Source of the DNA: Candidatus Poribacteria bacterium
Lineage (GTDB): Bacteria > Poribacteria > WGA-4E > WGA-3G
Reading direction: 5' to 3'
Assembly (NCBI GenBank): GCA_965205025.1
Contig: CBDBFU010000021.1
Span: 32,001 to 96,000, forward strand
Length of the DNA: 64,000 nt
A program made the position numbers and the translations under genes. Below are positions 60,662 to 64,000 of this stretch, piece by piece; within the stretch, counting starts at the first letter, position 1; every line of letters begins with the position of its first letter. The notes below the pieces were generated by a model, which saw only the letters and a program-made list of their open reading frames with translations, did not search any database and was not told where the DNA came from.

Positions 60662-62995
60662 TTAATCCACAGTTGATTCATCAAGAATCTTTTGATATGT
60701 TTCTCTTGCTACATCATAGGCTTTTTGGGCTGCATCACGTTCCTCTTCTCGAATACCGTTAACCTTTTGATTCCAACATACATCCACTGCGTCCAAACAC
60801 CATATTGCACTTTTTCGACTTGCACGTATAGGTTTCTCATCTACAATTACAAAAACTGGGTTTGTATGTGACGATGGAAAAACACGTAATGCTACCCAAC
60901 TGGATTGACTAATTTCAACATTAAATTCAACTGGAACAATGTTACCGTCTGCTCTTACTTCTTGTCGACCTTCTACCTTTCCATTGACAATTAATTCAAT
61001 TGGAACCGTCTGCGTATCATCAATTCTTGCACGTTCTATATCCCAATATGGTTGATGATCTAAAGGTCTATTCTTTATTTCATGATTAGGTGTTTCCGGT
61101 AATAATCCAGCAAAATTTGTCGTGATTTTTACAGTATCTGGTTTTTCTAAATCCAACTGGCTAATTTCACCATTCCCTACTTTTTCACCTACAGGAACTC
61201 CACCAACAGTAAAATCAAGTAAATGTGTTTTTCCATCTCCAACATAAGAACGTCCATCGCGTAAACCTTCTACCCAAGTGTCAAAATCAAGTGGACCATC
61301 ATCCATTTTTACATATATCCGTCCAAGTCCTACGCGTTCTCCATAAATACATGGAAAATCTGTTTCACCACTAATCCGTGTCCGAAAACCACAGTTAAGC
61401 GTGTGATACCAAATATTAAGTTCCCATACAGCAGGTGTATCAACAGTGGAGATAAAATCAACTGCATCATAGACAACATCTACGATATATTCATTCGCGC
61501 CGATACCATCAAATGGAGGCATATCGTAATTTGGCAGTTGATCACCTTCAACAGATAATCCCCAGCCACTATGACTAAAACCTGTAACTGCTCCTTGCTC
61601 TTTTGCCCATTGTAGCACGGGTAGATCCCAACTTGGCCAGTCTTCAATTCGTTCTACCCCATTATAGTCATCTTCAGTAAGTCCTAATAATGACAGATGT
61701 CCAGCGTGTGAAGATGGAAAACCTGATACCTCTACATCATAACGCATCACATAGTCATCTGTAGAAAGTTCATGAACCTTACCATCAAAGAACTGTTTTT
61801 GAAAATACCAACACGGTCCCCATGAGAGGACACAACCCACATTTAGATCTTCACCGAGAATATGTCGCATCATATCTTCAGGTGTAACACCTTCGGTTGG
61901 ACTTTCATAATGTGAACACCCGGCAGCATGAACATGGTGATCACCTGATCTCCAACCTTCTGCTGCAATATGTATCCATCTCTCCAATTTAAAGTTCACT
62001 TCGTGTTTTTCAGTATTTGGTACAGTTATTGCTTTTGATTTTATCAAATACTCAGGACCGCGCGTATACCAGATTGTATAGTCCCCTGGTGGAAGAAGTA
62101 CAGACTCCCCATCATGTCTGTATATCTGATTATGAAAGAAGAAATCAGGGGCTAACCGTCGTCCCCGCATCGGATATACTCTATTGGATGTATCTCGAAT
62201 TGTAAATGAACCTGTTGTAGGTTTTCCATCAAAGTCTAATACTTTAAATGTCACCTCAACTGCGGGTAAACAATCAAATAGTATAGGAACTTCACTTCTA
62301 AAACCGATATCTTGTGTTCCTTGACCGACATTAAAACCGAGGGTTACCTCTCTTTTTCCTGAATCTCGACTGAAGAGTTGAATAATTCTATACTCTAAGT
62401 CCAAACCAGATAAACCCTCTTTTAAAGGTGGTTTTGAGAACATCTGCATTTCCAGAAACCTATGGGGTATGTCACTCTGTTTAATGGTATCTTCCGGCTC
62501 AGCACTTCCTGTTGAACGTTTATAAAGGGGTTCAGCATTTTTGCTTTCTGGTACAAGTGGAGCAGTTACCCCCGCCTCATTATGTACTTTAACCAAGAAA
62601 ATACGCCACCCACTCTGCATCAATTCTTTCTTAGCATTTCCTTCTGTTACCTTTACACGGCTCTCTGGATTTATATGGACTTTAGCTATACAGTATCCAT
62701 CAAGAATTCTTTGTATATCTATTATTGCCTGATTGTGATTCTCTGAGACAAAAGCGGAATTAATTCTTGTTAGATCCGCTTCAGCAAGAGGTGTTCCGAG
62801 ATAGTCTAATGCTTCAATAAGTCTTTCAGTAGCAGATACAAATGGTTGATACTCAACATTAGTCACTAAATCATGTTGGTCTGAATAACTTGGTATAATT
62901 GACAGAGATAATAAGACCAAAACAGATAGAAGTGATGTAAGAATATTATTGCTGAATGACTTATAGATTCTCCGATTGAATAATTCTCCTCTCAT
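60662..62995 (-). CDS. CehA/McbA family metallohydrolase (PHP-like), secreted
   Basis: GWRSGDHHVH, GHL, SHSGWG, WYHTLNCG and GETDFPC. Confidence 0.85.
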   Translation of the reverse strand: MRGELFNRRIYKSFSNNILTSLLSVLVLLSLSIIPSYSDQHDLVTNVEYQPFVSATERLIEALDYLGTPLAEADLTRINSAFVSENHNQAIIDIQRILDGYCIAKVHINPESRVKVTEGNAKKELMQSGWRIFLVKVHNEAGVTAPLVPESKNAEPLYKRSTGSAEPEDTIKQSDIPHRFLEMQMFSKPPLKEGLSGLDLEYRIIQLFSRDSGKREVTLGFNVGQGTQDIGFRSEVPILFDCLPAVEVTFKVLDFDGKPTTGSFTIRDTSNRVYPMRGRRLAPDFFFHNQIYRHDGESVLLPPGDYTIWYTRGPEYLIKSKAITVPNTEKHEVNFKLERWIHIAAEGWRSGDHHVHAAGCSHYESPTEGVTPEDMMRHILGEDLNVGCVLSWGPCWYFQKQFFDGKVHELSTDDYVMRYDVEVSGFPSSHAGHLSLLGLTEDDYNGVERIEDWPSWDLPVLQWAKEQGAVTGFSHSGWGLSVEGDQLPNYDMPPFDGIGANEYIVDVVYDAVDFISTVDTPAVWELNIWYHTLNCGFRTRISGETDFPCIYGERVGLGRIYVKMDDGPLDFDTWVEGLRDGRSYVGDGKTHLLDFTVGGVPVGEKVGNGEISQLDLEKPDTVKITTNFAGLLPETPNHEIKNRPLDHQPYWDIERARIDDTQTVPIELIVNGKVEGRQEVRADGNIVPVEFNVEISQSSWVALRVFPSSHTNPVFVIVDEKPIRASRKSAIWCLDAVDVCWNQKVNGIREEERDAAQKAYDVARETYQKILDESTVD

Positions 62996-63028
62996 AATTC
63001 CTCCATATGTGTAGTTTTCTATAAATTA

Positions 63029-63248
63029 CGACTTGTGCCAGTTACGAATTGTTTTTGTTGTTTTCACGGATTTAGGATATTATACTATAGACATTTCGTC
63101 CCTACGGGACTCAAGAGCGTTTGTTCGGCGTTTTCTATAGACATTTCGTCCCTACGGGACTCAAGAGCGTCTCAAATAATGAAGAATATCCATACAAGCT
63201 GCATTTACGTAATACAATTGATTACTAAATGTTACTTATCATAACTCG
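63029..63248. mobile_element. ~220-bp MITE (copy of 53411-53632)
   Basis: Same ends and internal ctatagacatttcgtccctacgggactcaagagcgt x2. Confidence 0.75.
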
Positions 63249-63264
63249 CTATGTTAATATCTGA

Positions 63265-64000
63265 TTATTTGACTTTACTTGATTGATTACGCGTAAGGGA
63301 TGTATATCGAATACATTCCAATTCTTCACTACTAAAAACACCAGCTTGATAAAGGTTCCGATATTCATCAGAGACACTCTGATCAAATATCATCAGATCA
63401 TCTGTATTGATTGTGACAGGTACACCATTGTCATACAATACACGTATCGGGTGAACTTCCATTTTTGATACACCATCCAACATGACATTGCTAGTAGGGC
63501 AAACATTCAATTGTATATTGTTCTCAGATAACCATTTCATGACTTCAACAGATTCTTTGGCAGCTATACCGTGTTGTACATCGTCCAAATTCAAAAGCTC
63601 AACAGTTCTACGAATTTCTTCTGCATCCTTAAACTCACCTACATGTGCCTTTAGCTTTAATCCGGCATTTTTGTGCTTCGGTATATAAAGACTTGGCATC
63701 TTCAGGAGCACATGCATCTTGATGACTATACAAATCAATGGACTTAAATATATCTAATTCAATCGCTTCATGTGCAAATTTCATCCATTGTGAGTCCTTA
63801 ACACATTCCCGTGCAATTACCGAGTTCAGGACGTAATTCAATCTGTCCTTGATATAAATTGACTAACGATTCAATAAATGTGTGTAGATCGTCTAAACCA
63901 TCCTGATAGAACTTAACCAATCGGATGTCGAAACTCATCTCAAGAATTACCACACCGTCTTGAACTGCATCTTCAATCGCAGACACTGCTACGAATTCAA
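63265..64000 (-). pseudogene. Adenosine deaminase family protein, two apparent frameshifts, runs off window end
   Basis: Three consecutive frames give DGVVILEMS, SIDL and AHVGE...QHG...CPTSN...NTDD; shifts near 63818 and 63672. Confidence 0.75.

Overview
AT-rich (roughly one-third GC by eye) bacterial chromosomal window with most genes on the minus strand. The gene repertoire (three PhyH dioxygenases, sulfatase, FGE-domain protein, PSD1/DUF1553 plus DUF1501, WD40 and LamG proteins ending in a V-x-P/A-x-x-K-x-T-x-x-W-x-x-I/L-K tail) suggests Candidatus Poribacteria; this is inference. Core genes include argJ, murQ, ggt and a tRNA-Gly/Cys/Val cluster. Five things stand out. (1) A co-oriented TusA, DsrE, TusA-OsmC fusion and MetE-like Zn thiol-alkyltransferase cluster, the best candidate for an uncharacterised sulfur-relay pathway, is interrupted by a GIY-YIG nuclease and a DUF262-HNH (GmrSD/SspE-like) nuclease. 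(2) A ~4 kb GC-rich island carries a 5'-truncated cysteine-rich thrombospondin/PPC protein, a CPR-like membrane protein and a poly-C-frameshifted HExxH lipoprotein. (3) The intergenic DNA is densely built from nested MITEs and ~50-bp-spaced hairpin doublets with compensatory stem changes. (4) A 1.17 kb element bounded by terminal inverted repeats carries an orphan ORF and ori-like palindrome/iteron motifs. (5) An ABC ATPase has its signature motif duplicated. Four genes show single-base frameshifts that may be sequencing errors.
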